From positions 15,611 through 74,310 of the forward strand of contig MQRK01242274.1 in assembly GCA_001938485.1 (NCBI GenBank): a stretch of 58,700 nt of DNA. The letters run 5' to 3'. The translations under genes and the position numbers were made by a program. Positions 12,236-24,582 of the stretch are shown here, in pieces (position 1 is the first letter of the stretch; every line of letters begins with the position of its first letter). This DNA is from Girardia tigrina. Its lineage: Eukaryota. The notes under the pieces were generated by a model, which searched no databases, was not told where the DNA came from, and saw nothing but the letters and a program-made list of their open reading frames with translations.

Positions 12236-14628
12236 AATTAATGACGTGTTTTAAAATTAAAAATTATGAACGGTGTTTAGATGTTTTTTATCATAATTTA
12301 CCATTATTTTTTAAATTATTATTAATTTGCTTTATTCAGTTTATTATTTTAATTATTTGAAATTTATATTTAATTATTAAGATATATTTATCGATCCCAG
12401 TAGCAGTATTGGCCTTGTCCAGTGGTAGAAACAGCACCAAAACCTCTGTGACCTCTGGTAACGCGTCCAAACAGGCATTTTCGCAGCCTTTGCGATTTTG
12501 CTGGTCCAAGGAATCTGTGCGTGAATCGATAAGTGAATAATGTTTTGAGATCGAACGAGCGTGAGAGAAACGTTTCTTTATGTTTCGAAAATATTTTCAG
12601 TAATAACGATTTAATAATAAAACGTCAACATATTTTCACAAACAATTTTTAAATTTATATTTCACAAATATTTTATTCTTAAAGAAATAATATTTTAATA
12701 TATTTTCAAAAACAGGTATTACATTTATATTACAAAAATATTTTAGTATTAATAATAAAAAATCAGCATATTTTTAAAAATATTAAAATTTATTAAATTT
12801 ATTTTAGCGCATTTGTTGGTGCGCGCATTGTCAGGTTACGGTTGTTCTTCATAAATATGCCTCTATGTTGCTCTCTCTTATATATTCTTCATCATATAGC
12901 CCATCCTTCTTTTTACAATCAAATACATTTTATATCTCAAGTGTTTAGTCTTCATTTATATTTTATTATTTATGTAAATTATAAAATAATCAGAAAAAAA
13001 TTAGGACAAATTTTATATTTTTCATTATTTCTCTCGTTAGTGATTTAATAATTAGTAATAATATAATCTAATAAATAATAAGTGAATATTTATTTTACTA
13101 TAAAAATATTTTGTTTTGCACAAATCGAGTTCACAGGAGGGCATAATCATGTTTCTATAATTCCATTTTATTACTTATAGCAATAAATAACACAGCCACG
13201 GTAAAATATAAATATTTAATATTGGTCTATAGTAATTAATATTACTTTACATGAATTTTAATAATATTTTTTATTAAAATCTGGGAAAGGACAGTATTAA
13301 TATTTTTGATGTAAATTGATTCTATAATAATAATTATTTTTGTTTTCCCAATTGGTAATTTTTAGCTCTTAATAGTTGATTTAATGAGGATTGAATTGAT
13401 TATGAAGTGTTTTTATTTAATTATAAAATTAAATGAATAAAATATTTTGATAAAAGGGGAAATCCCTCACAGGGTATCATTACAGGTTTATAATATATAA
13501 ATTAATCTCTTTGTTAATACAGTTACATTTTTATTTTGGTTATTCTGAATTTAATGTTACTGAAGAGTGTGAATGCCTGCAAAGAAACTTAAACTTAGTC
13601 AAAACTTGCAGAAAAACTAGAGATTCTCAAATTCATCGAGAGCAATCCGCAGATAATACAAAAGATAAAAAATGTCAAAATAAAAAACATCAAATCCTTA
13701 ATGACTTGTAGAAAAAGATAGAAAATTGAATTTAAAATTAAAATTAAAAAAAATTACCTTAGTTAGAAATCGAAATCAGAACTACCTTACGGGAACAACA
13801 CCTTGATTATTTGGTTTAGGGAAAGGTCTACCCCAGGTGTTACATTAAATATGAAAATGAATCTGTGATGTGTCCATGGAATCAATTGATAGATTTAGAA
13901 AGAGGTATGGAATTGTCAACATTCAAAAATACGGTTCTTGCCGATATATATAATATCGAAGAGACTGGTCGCTTTTGTCAAACGCTACCAGAAAACTTAT
14001 TAGGTCTCATTTTCAATTGGAACAAATTTTAAAGTCAAATTATTCATTTGAGGAAACTGTTATATATACGTTAAAAAGCAATGTTTTGTGAACCATTATA
14101 ATAAAATAATATGCTAACATATGAATGGGTTACTATGTAGCAAAATCTTTACTGACCCGATAAATCCGAGTTCTTTTCAAAAAGGTTAGGTATGTCCTTG
14201 AATACTAGTGCTGATTCAGTTTGGATCAGAATGGGAGTTTGGGTGTACCGGCCTCACAGACTATTATTGTTAGATTTGCATCATTCGAAGACTCGCCAAA
14301 TAAATGTGGTCTTTATCGATTTCTTATTTTGCAACGAAACTTTGAATCTTTAAGTAACCTTTTTTTAAATGTTTCAAGATTTTAAAATTAACTTTTTTTA
14401 TCTCTCAAAATTTCATTTTCACAGCGTAAATTGAATTCAGAGTCAAAGCTTCTGTCCATCTTACCACAATCAAATGAAACAGTAAAAATATCTCTCGAAT
14501 ATCGTTACATATCAAAAACGGCGATTTGTTATGAATCAATCATCCACGACTTTTGTTTATAAAATTGTAATTCTATTATCGATTATGAAATGGTTTTTTT
14601 AAAAAGAACAGATAGAAATAAAGCAAAT

Positions 14629-15268
14629 GGGTACGGGACATTTCGACACCAGAAATTAGGATTTAAATGAAATACTTTATTATTAATTAGGATTTTTTTG
14701 AATAAAATGAAATAATTTGTTATTAATTAGGAATTTTAGGATAAATATTAAATAATTTGTTATTAATTAGGATTTTAGGAATAAAATGAAATAATTTGAA
14801 ATGAATTAGGAATTTTAGCCTGCTTTCAATGGCTGTGAAACATAAATTAAGAGACAACTTGCGTAAAATACCTGAATTGTATATGTAAACGGAACATGTC
14901 ACAGACCTATTGATCCATCCACATATAATGTAAAATTTTGATTAAAAATTATAAATAGTTATTAATATATATAAATAACTACAACATTATTTTTAATATA
15001 AACACAAAATAGTTTATAAAATATACTTTTATTTAAAAATTCTAATTAATAACCAATTATTTCATTTTATTCCTAAAAATCTTAATTAATAACCAATTAT
15101 TTCATTTTATTCTTAAAAATTTTAATTAATAACAAATTATTTAATATTAACCTAAAATTCCTAATTAATAACAAATTATTTCATTTTATTTCTATTTCAT
15201 TTAAATCCTAATTTCTGGTGTCGAAATGTCCCGGAGTCAAAATGACGGCGTCGAAATGTCTTGCTTCG
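14629..15268. mobile_element. Mutator/foldback-like MITE with long TIRs and subterminal repeats
   Basis: 9-bp duplication AAAGCAAAT (14620-28, 15269-77); inverted arms gggacatttcgacaccagaaattagg...; ~41-bp tandem subrepeats in both arms. Confidence 0.85.
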
Positions 15269-15277
15269 AAAGCAAAT

Positions 15278-16445
15278 GGTTTGACATTTTTATTAAAAAA
15301 GCACGTAAAAAAAGTAAGATTCAACAGCTATCTCGAATATCTAAGATAATTGTTCTATTCAGTCATTTTAATGTAATGAAAGGGAGAATAAGAAAAGATC
15401 AAGAGAAATCTTTAGAATCCATAATCGAAGCACTGAATAAGGATAAATCAATCATTCACGAAAAAATAATGGGTGGTGGGAAAACATCAGTTCTGGGTTC
15501 TTGCGTTTCTCTCTATGCTCCACAGAATTGAACAAAATCCCTATTTTCATTTTCCCATCTTCTTTAGTTGATATCAATGCCGCAATTAAACGAGACACTC
15601 TCGAGTACATTTGAGAAACGAATTATTCAGATTATGTTGGGGAGAGAAGCGCGTTACAATAATGACAAATATTTATTAACTCTTTCCACTGTATAGCTCA
15701 TATTTTTCAAGGGATGTAATTGTGAGTGATCCAGAAAGTATTCGATGTCTTCAAAATGCTGCAAATGAATATTGCTTGAATTGTATAAACTCATAAAATC
15801 AGGAAATATTTGAGTACGATAATAATTATTATAAGAAATCTTTCATCAAATCAATTCTTGAAAAATTACAAAGGTCTTTTTATTATAGATGAAATAGATA
15901 GTGTAATGAACTTAAATAGAACATTGCATTAAGGCACCCGCAGCAGATCCATGGAAGAGTAGGAAGAATTATCAATAATAATTGATGTTCTTATAATACT
16001 CTATGTTAAAGATTCTCAATTTGAACAGTTACATACTACTTGGAAGGGAAAACAGATGTACCTGTGGGTATTGAAAATGATTTTGCTTTAATTTGCATCT
16101 TAGAAAACCTGAATGATCATGGAATTGTTAGAAGCTATAGACAAGGCTATAAGTAAACTTTGAAACAATTTGGTAGAATTCAAACTTTTTATTGAGATCA
16201 TAGTGGTTCCCAAACTCAATGTGCATGATCGTGGTATTTCTAACAATTCATACAAGTTAATTATGGGCTGTGAAAGATTTGTGGGACACAGTGGAACATT
16301 TCCAAATATAGAGATACTCAGAAATATCCCAAATACTACTATTGATGACAGTGATGGGAAGAAAATTGTATCCAAGATAATGAGATTATTTAGAATGCAA
16401 GGTAAATATGCAAAATGTATTTTATTGGCTAGATATGATAATTAA
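15278..16445 (+). pseudogene. Decayed DUF3638-like (SF2/SecA-related NTPase) gene; probably extends upstream of the MITE towards ~13.5 kb
   Basis: Ordered motifs across frameshifts and stops: RIRKDQ, IIHEKIMGGGKTSV (Walker A), IFIFPSSLVDIN, VIVSDPESIRCL, FIIDEIDSVM (Walker B), FVGHSGT. Confidence 0.7.
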
Positions 16446-17319
16446 CAGTCTATAATGAGAGAAAAAGAGATTATTCCACAATATATTCCGAAAACACGAA
16501 TCTGTTTCAACAAAAACCTGTCTGGAATGCTTCGATAGGTCAACCATTTCCAAAACCTTCTTCAAGTCTACCTTCGGAAGTAACCATTGTTATTGTTCTC
16601 AACTGGAAATTTGGGAAGAAGTAACTTCTCAAAATTAAAGAACTGTTCAGACGTTATGGGTCTATATAGACATTGTATATTCACTACCTTTAACACCCCG
16701 CACTATAAAATAGTAACATTGTGTATTCACGTGGCATCGGCAACTCTTATTATTAGCGATACTAATGTATCTATTAACGTCCTGAAATTGCATTCTGTTG
16801 GTAAAATTAGATAATTAATTGATCGTTTTATTAATTGATTTATTTTCCTTTTAAACGCCCGACAAGACTTTTAAATATTTAAACAACTGAGAATTATCCT
16901 TAACTATACATATCTATTTATTTATTAATCTAAAACTGTTTCAAACAGTCTCTATACTATAGAGAGACAGTAAATAATGCGATAATCAAAGATTCGTGGT
17001 TAACATTGAAAAAGAATATAAACAATCAGTAAGAAGAAGTGAACACCAAAAATTTATTACACAGAGCCAGTCAGATAAATGTATTAAAAAATATCAACGA
17101 CTCAAATTGTCTTCGTATTTATAGAAGAAGTCATATACCAAATATGCAGTGATAGACGATATGATGATGTTTGGAAAATAAAAATAGAGTAAATGATAAA
17201 GTACAAAAATTTATTAAGAAAGAAACATTTGAGGACAAGGTCGGAGAAGGTTTAGTGAGATCCTTAGAAGATAAAAGTAGAGAACAAGAGACCAGGATTT
17301 TGTCAATCGACAAAATCTG

Positions 17320-17574
17320 ACAAGCAGAAAATATGTCGTATGACATAATGCTGGAGCGATAAAATATAAACGTGGAAAGACAAGGTAACATAGATTATGG
17401 TTAATTAGAAACAGTTGCAAGAGTAAATATAATTAGCAGGGAGATTTTTGAGAAACTATTTGGACTTAAAATTAGAAAATACAGACATTAAATTTCATTG
17501 CGTTTAAATTACATTAAATTACGTTTATCTTTTATAGCTCCAGCATTATGTCATACGACATATTTTCTGCTTGT
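17320..17574. repeat. 54-bp inverted repeat with a ~147-bp spacer
   Basis: 17320-17373 is a near-perfect reverse complement of 17521-17574. Confidence 0.85.
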
Positions 17575-18339
17575 AGATTATATGGTTAAAATATCAGTAC
17601 AGGTCAAAATTGAAGAAAAACGGAGGTATGGAACGGCAGAGATTCTACTGAATCGAAATAAGGTGGAACAAAAACAAAAATGCCGCCAATGAGCAATCTG
17701 ACCAAATATGTAATTTAAAATCCAAATTTAGACTCAGATTTACAAACGAGGAATCATTTAAATGAGCTAAGGAAACAAACAAACCAAAGAAACAAGAAAG
17801 TGAAAGAACAAAGAGTTTGTATGGCAGATAAATTGAACGTTGGGTACATGACGATGATAAACATGGAATGGACACGCAGGACCTCCAACCAACCTAAGAC
17901 CGCGCAAACCACCAGTTACTCTTATTTTGATTAAGAATGTAGAAAACCTTTTGATGTATTAATTATCTGGATGGATTTTGTAAAGGATAATTTAATTGTA
18001 AAAATGATTATGGTTATATGAAGAATATTTTAATTTTAATTTTTATTATTTGCAAGTAAATTAAAATGAAATTTAAAATATAATTATTTAATAAGTTCTA
18101 AATAATTAACTGTTATGAAATATTGTAATATTTTTGATTATTATTATAGATAATACATAAATATGATAAAAATAATAATACCATTAAAATAATAAATATT
18201 CCACACTACATTAAAACAATATTAAAAGAATCATAAAATCATCGACCCTTGACGGTGAATGAAACTGAACAAACCAGCAACTAACTGATCAGTATTCACA
18301 TATTTGATCACATCTTCGTCAACTCACGAGTGAGTATAA

Positions 18340-18573
18340 TCAAGACATCTCGCTCACATCGCCATCTTCATGATCATGAGAATATTGGTTGTTCGTCATA
18401 CTGTGTCCATGTAATCGAACGTGTGACCAATCTATATTGCTGAAGGAGTTCTTTCTTTTTGAGCCATAACCGTCAAGTCTTCGCTTAGCTGCGTAGTTTC
18501 TGTTTGCCATCGAAACGTCTATGGCGAGTGCTACTAACAGAACAATCGCAGGAAATAGAATTGATTTCTTCAT
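18340..18573 (-). CDS. Orphan 77-aa putative secreted peptide precursor
   Basis: MKKSILFPAIVLLVALAIDVSMA signal-peptide-like N-terminus, dibasic KR sites, His/Asp-rich tail; TATAAAA about 30 nt upstream (18603-18609, -); GC content above the flanks. Confidence 0.6.
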   Translation of the reverse strand: MKKSILFPAIVLLVALAIDVSMANRNYAAKRRLDGYGSKRKNSFSNIDWSHVRLHGHSMTNNQYSHDHEDGDVSEMS

Positions 18574-19719
18574 TGTATTACTCTCTTCGCTTCTCAATTT
18601 AGTTTTATAATCGAGTGTTCCTTTGACCTTTTTGTAAATTGTAGAGGCGTCTTATCTGAGATATACACAACTGTACAAATACGTGCTGATTATTGGTCGG
18701 TCTTATCTGACACACGAGATTGTGCGGTCTAGGACAATGACATTATCATTTAGTTGACGATGTATAAATTGTTTTTAATTTTTATGTTATTATTTAAAAA
18801 GAAAATGTTTTATATTTTCTATCACGTTTTGCGCTGCCATTATTTGTAACGTTGGAAAGTTTTTTAGGAATATTGTGATATGTATCTTCCTACAGAAAGT
18901 TTGCTTAAGAACAGGTACGAGTCGTGAAGGGAATATGATTTAAAATTAACAAATGATACAAAAGTGTGAAGTTTTGTATAACTCATTGCTTGTCTGTTAA
19001 CTTAGTTCTATTTGTATTAGCGAAAATATTCCTGAAATTTACATATTATTTTATTTGACATTTAAAGTATTTAATTTTGAATTGCTTAACATCAAACCTC
19101 TAAGTTTTAGATCATGGGTCCAAAATATCAACCAATTTTATTATCAAATGTAAGGGAGTTTAAGTTTAAGTTTAACACTAATAAGGTGTAATAACGTTCT
19201 ATTTTTATACAAAAAAAATAATTTAGAGATTTAACTTATATTAAAAACTTAATTCTGTTTGTATTATTCTTTTACTTGTTAAAAATAATACAACAATTAT
19301 AGAAGGCTTTTTTCGAATGGTACTTATTGTATGTTGTGTTTGGTATGTTGTTTTCAGGATCGTTTTTCTTCCAACTAAATGGAAGATTGATATTTTGAAT
19401 GTTTTGAACTGTCGAATTATTCGGACAATTTTAAAATTTAAAAACAACTTTAAAATTAAATTATTATATTTTAATCAATATATAAATATATATATATATA
19501 TATATCTTAAAAATATAAGATAGATTTGAAATGAATGCCCAAATGTTCAGCAATAGCTTTATGAGTATGTCCTTCCTTTTTTCAAGATAAGCATCTGGGT
19601 GCGCTTTTTAATTGAAATTGGTGAAGAGTTACTCATTACCTAAAAATAGAAGATATTTTGATCTATTTAGCAATGTATTAGATGTTTTAACATGTTTTTT
19701 TAACCACATGTTTTAACAG

Positions 19720-20340
19720 AAGCTGATAAGGAAGAGAATATCTGTGTGTGAAAAACTGCTTGCTATGTACCGCAGCAACAATTTCCTGCACCGTAGTGAC
19801 TGTGGATGAGATGTCGGTATTCTGGTAGAATACATCCTCATACACTCACAAATCTTGGCGTAGAAGTGGCGATGAGCCTGCTACAGATTCCAAAGTGAGG
19901 TTAACTACTAGGAAGCATCTGGCTACCGTCTTCTGGGATTCGAAATGTCTGATCTTGGTGGATGTGTTAGAAAATAGAAAACTCATGACAACAACATACT
20001 ACTGCAGTTTACTGGAAAAGGTGAAGACAGATATCCTGGTAAAACGACGGCGGAAAACAACGGATGGTTTTCTGTACCTTCATCAGGACAACGCATGTCC
20101 ACATACGGCACATCTCACCCATTCCAAGATTGCCGAAATGCATCTAAACATCCTGCCACATCCCCCCTATTCGCCCGATCTGGCTCCTTCAGACTACTAT
20201 TTTCACCAATGAAAGGAGCTTTGAAAGGTCAGAATTGTGCATCGTCTGAGGAGATTCAGGAGAAACATCAAGAGTGGTTGAACACCAAGGCCGGATCCTT
20301 ATTCGAGAATTGTATCAATAAGTTGCCAGGACGTAGACTG
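19720..20340 (+). mobile_element. Mariner transposase fragment, catalytic domain, decayed
   Basis: [39 protein letters not shown]. Confidence 0.88.
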
Positions 20341-21035
20341 ATTGATGATGAATGTTTGGACATTATATTTGATAGTTTTGTTATTTTCGGAAAAATCTAA
20401 GTTGACAACCCTGTAATAATCACAACTGTTATCAAACTAAGAACATACTTTGCGCTTTAAACGATATAAACAACTTAAAACCATATGAAGTGTTCGCAAA
20501 ATAATAAAATTTAAATTTAATTTAAATTTTGAATTAATTTATTTAAATTTTTCCCTGTGGAATTTGACATCCGATATTCACATGTTGTAATCCAATTTAA
20601 CTTTATCATTTTTACGATTCATAATTTTCTTGTTTCCTCGCAACTGGGGATTGAAATAATTGAACAAAGATTTTTACAGATAATTAAAATGAAAACAATT
20701 GTAAATAATGCGTTTTTTGTTTGAATAATATACATTTTCGATTGAGCGTTTTAAAATTTGGATTTATATCTTTTCATTTCTTATTTGTTACGCGATCCGA
20801 GATTTGTCCGTCGGGCCAAGGGGGACTTTTATTATCGATCGGACTGAATGTCCGATCGACTCATATCATCATATAACAGATTTTGTGAAAAAAAATTATA
20901 CATAGTTCTTTGCATCCTGTAATTGCATCCGAAATCTCATCGATGCAATTTGACTGAAATGTCTGAACAAATGGAAATCTGAGAAAACGTTGTGTTCTCT
21001 CAACTGTACCAGGTTTGACACTGGTGACACTCAGC

Positions 21036-21599
21036 TATTGATTTCGAAATGCCTTACTACGAAATCAAGAATGATGAACAAAGCGACTTCTCAACTTCAA
21101 CCAGAAGAATAGATATCCAAGCCAAAAACACAGGAGGAAGAACTATATGGCTACTTGATATCAAAACTCCGTATGACGAGACTGAAAACCTCAAGTCTGC
21201 AAGAGAACTCAATGAAAGCAAGTATGAGCCCCTGGAAAAAGAAGCTAAAGCCAAATACCCAGGATGGAACATTAAACTCGGGACAATTGTCGTAGGATGT
21301 CTCGGATCCTGGCAGGAAAAGAACAACGAGGTACTAGTGGATTTGAAGTTATCCGAAACCGCAATCAATAATCTCAGGAGAAGATGTGTAATCTCCAACA
21401 TCAAACACTGCGCATCAACTTGGGCGAAGCACAACNNNNNNNNNNNNNNNNNNNNNNNNNNNNNNNNNNNNNNNNNNNNNNNNNNNNNNNNAATTCAATC
21501 ACTGGACGTTTAAAAGACGCTGTAGTCTAAAACGGCCCTTTCTCTGTGGTCCTCTGTGACCCTAATTTTCTACTTGTTTTATGATAATAAAATTTTGTC
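21036..21599 (+). mobile_element. 5'-truncated non-LTR retrotransposon with a restriction-like endonuclease (R2/NeSL/Utopia-type)
   Basis: RRIDI...LLDIKTPYD...ARELNESKY...IVVGCLGSWQEKN fits the PD-(D/E)xK RLE C-terminus; 3' UTR with AATAAA at 21586. Confidence 0.8.
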
Positions 21600-22089
21600 A
21601 ACACATTTGACCAGTTATTATACTTAAATACTTACAAGACATAGTATTTAAGTTCATAAATGTAAGTGTTGTTGATAATTGTTGTCTAAGAGTAAGTCTT
21701 TCTACCTAAAATCCAAGAAAGTATTCAAAGCATCAGTGGTAGTTATATTTTGGAGCAATTAGTGATTGTTCCGCTACTTTAATGCATATACATTGATCGG
21801 TTTAGATGATATCTGACCATGACTGTATAATGAAAAGAATCTTGGTATCTGAATAAGTCGTTGCTAGCCATAATTAAATCTTTTGCTGTGGATTTTCGAC
21901 TTCAGACTCGAGAATATATTTGCTACATTAGTCTTTCAGAACGGTCAAATTTAATAGAGCAGCAATATCACACCAGCGAACAATCATCAGTGAATTAAAT
22001 AAATACATATGTGTACAATGATCATTCCAATGAGACAACAAAACAACAAAAAAACGCTATCATTCAATGAAAGGACACGTAAGTATCCA

Positions 22090-22093
<4 letters not shown>

Positions 22094-22139
<46 letters not shown>
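22094..22139. repeat. (TA)n microsatellite; others at 1-25, ~19487-19505 and 38434-38474
   Basis: Directly visible. Confidence 0.95.
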
Positions 22140-22143
<4 letters not shown>

Positions 22144-22700
22144 NNNNNNNNNNNNNNNNNNNNNNNNNNNNNNNNNNNNNNNNNNNNNNNNNNNNNNNNN
22201 NNNNNNNNNNNNNNNNNNNNNNNNNNNNNNNNNNNNNNNNNNNNNNNNNNNNNNNNNNNNNNNNNNNNNNNNNNNNNNNNNNNNNNNNNNNNNNNNNNNN
22301 NNNNNNNNNNNNNNNNNNNNNNNNNNNNNNAAATTAAGAAAAATGCACTAAATGCAATCAATCTCATTCTCGCAAACCAACCATTGGCAGCTATCAATTG
22401 CCATTTGAGAAAACGATATGTTTTCTCTATCGTTCCGTACTTTACAAGTAAACGGAGACATATGATAAAGATGACAACTAACAGCACACCAAAAGCTAAT
22501 CTTTGAGATGAAAATTCTCACACTCAATACAATCAACTCAATTTTAACCTTCTCATCAAACTCAAAACNNNNNNNNNNNNNNNNNNNNNNNNNNNNNNNN
22601 NNNNNNNNNNNNNNNNNNNNNNNNNNNNNNNGTTGTGTTCTCTCAACTGTACCAGGTTTGACACTGGGGACACTCAGCATAATAACACATTTGGCCAATG

Positions 22701-22924
22701 CAAAACAATCCCACACCGACAAAATACATTTTGTTTTGAATTCCTTCATTTTTTTCAAGTTGTTCAAAAAGTGATTGATTTTAACGTCAGAATATACACA
22801 TTGCAAAGAATATACACTTTGCAATGTGTATATTCTGACGTTAAAATCAATCACTTTTTGAACAACTTGAAAAGAACGAAGGAATTCAAAACAAAATGTA
22901 TTTTGTCGGTGTGGGATTGTTTTG
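22701..22924. repeat. Near-perfect 108-bp inverted repeat (hairpin) with an 8-nt loop
   Basis: 22701-22808 versus 22817-22924; two mismatches seen. Confidence 0.95.
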
Positions 22925-23619
22925 AAGTACCTTTGAAGAGTATTTAAAATTATATCAATGAAGATTGTCGATTAAAGATATCGATTTATTCAGAATGGAT
23001 TATAAACTTAATGGTAAAAATTGTTTTAAGATATTGTGATCAGCAATGAAAATACCATGTGCGGTCAAGTGAGATTATGCATGTTGTAAATATTTCGATG
23101 GAAGAGTGGAACATATTGTATTTGTTTAAAATATGTCTGAAGTAATTGATATTGTTTTGGTGTTGTCAGTGATGTGATTGACTGTTTCAGATTATCATAA
23201 GCTTTTGTGTTTTTCAGTAAAGTGGTTAAATTACTGATTCGCGGGAGATATTCTTGTATGACCGAAAGTAGGCTATAAGCTTTTTGAGTTTGTGTTATGA
23301 AGTTAGATGCGGGTATCCAATTTTAATGAATTTGAAGCCAATAATTTGCGGATTGTTTTGGGGCCAAGAAATAAATTTACACAACTTGTTGACCTTAATT
23401 AACTACAAGTTATGCAAATTAATTGTCAAAATGCTGTCTCTGTAAGGAGACGCCGAGACTCAGGGTTAAATACTATATATTACGTTTGCCTTTATTCATA
23501 TTTTTTAAGTTTTTTTCGAACTCTCTTCATGTTTGATTATATCTGTCGATTTAAATAGTTTAATTCAATTGTTGGGTTGTGTTTTTGTGATTATTACGTC
23601 AAAAGAAATTTATTTCCCT

Positions 23620-24000
23620 AATACAAATTATAATCCACTTGAATCAAGGTATATCTTATCGATTTCTTATTCAGAGGGCTTTAAATATTTAAAATCATCA
23701 ATATTGAAAAGTTTGATTCCAAATACCATGAATCTAAAAATGATATCCCAATCATATAAAATTCGTGATATGTTCAGTAAAAAATCTCTAACTCTTCTCG
23801 GTTTGTTCACCCATCCTGTTTATAAATATACATGTAATGGGTCTAACGCCACATACATTGGAGAGACATCTCGTCATCTCTGCAAACGAATCAAAGAGCA
23901 TAGTCGGTTGGTTAATGGGAGCAATATTGCCGAACATAATTTAAAATGTAAAAAGAAAATCGAAGAAAATGATTTTCAAATTTTGGTTGGTTTCTTCTTT
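23620..24000 (+). mobile_element. Penelope-like GIY-YIG endonuclease fragment
   Basis: VYKYTCNGSNATYIGETSRHLCKRIKEH...SNIAEH...C...FQIL. Confidence 0.85.
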
Positions 24001-24047
24001 TTTGGAAAATGCCTTTTTGAAACAATTAATAATCGATTCTTTGGATA

Positions 24048-24545
24048 TTAACTCCCAGGCAATAGAAGTAAAAAAACAATAGCATTTTTAATATTAATGT
24101 TTTTAAATGGATCATTATTTAAATCATCTTCTTCACTTACCCAAAAATCAACAAGATAATTATTGTAATGATCCTTGAATGCCTTTATCAAACCCATATC
24201 CAATGGCTGTGCTATGGAAGTTATGTTTTTTGGCAAATATAAAAACTCTATTGCCGAAAATTGGATATTCAGATAAGATGGTGTATTATCTAAAATAATT
24301 AACATTTTCCTTTTCTCCACTTCCATCTCATTATTAATTTTAATTAACCATTTTTCAAAAACTTTTGATATCATCCATCTCATTGGTGAGTGTCCACAAT
24401 TTATTTTTATGGATTTGGGTCAAACCCACCAAAACACCTCGGTTTTTTTGCCTTGCCTATTACTAGAGGTTCCATTTTATCTCCGCACATATTACAGCAA
24501 AATAATATGGTAACTCTCTGTTTTTTGACTTTAATACCCCTAAAA
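24048..24545 (-). mobile_element. pogo/Tigger (DDE_1) transposase fragment
   Basis: RVTILFCCNMCGDKMEPLVIGKAKKPRCF; WMISKVFEKWL; LIILDNTPSY; LPKNITSIAQPLDMGLIKAFK. Confidence 0.88.
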
Positions 24546-24582
24546 ATGAAGATAATTTATGAAGACTTATTTTTTTATTTAT

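Noticed and set aside
21987-22506. ORFs spanning N gaps and (TA)n
   Set aside because: Open only because of Ns and the microsatellite.
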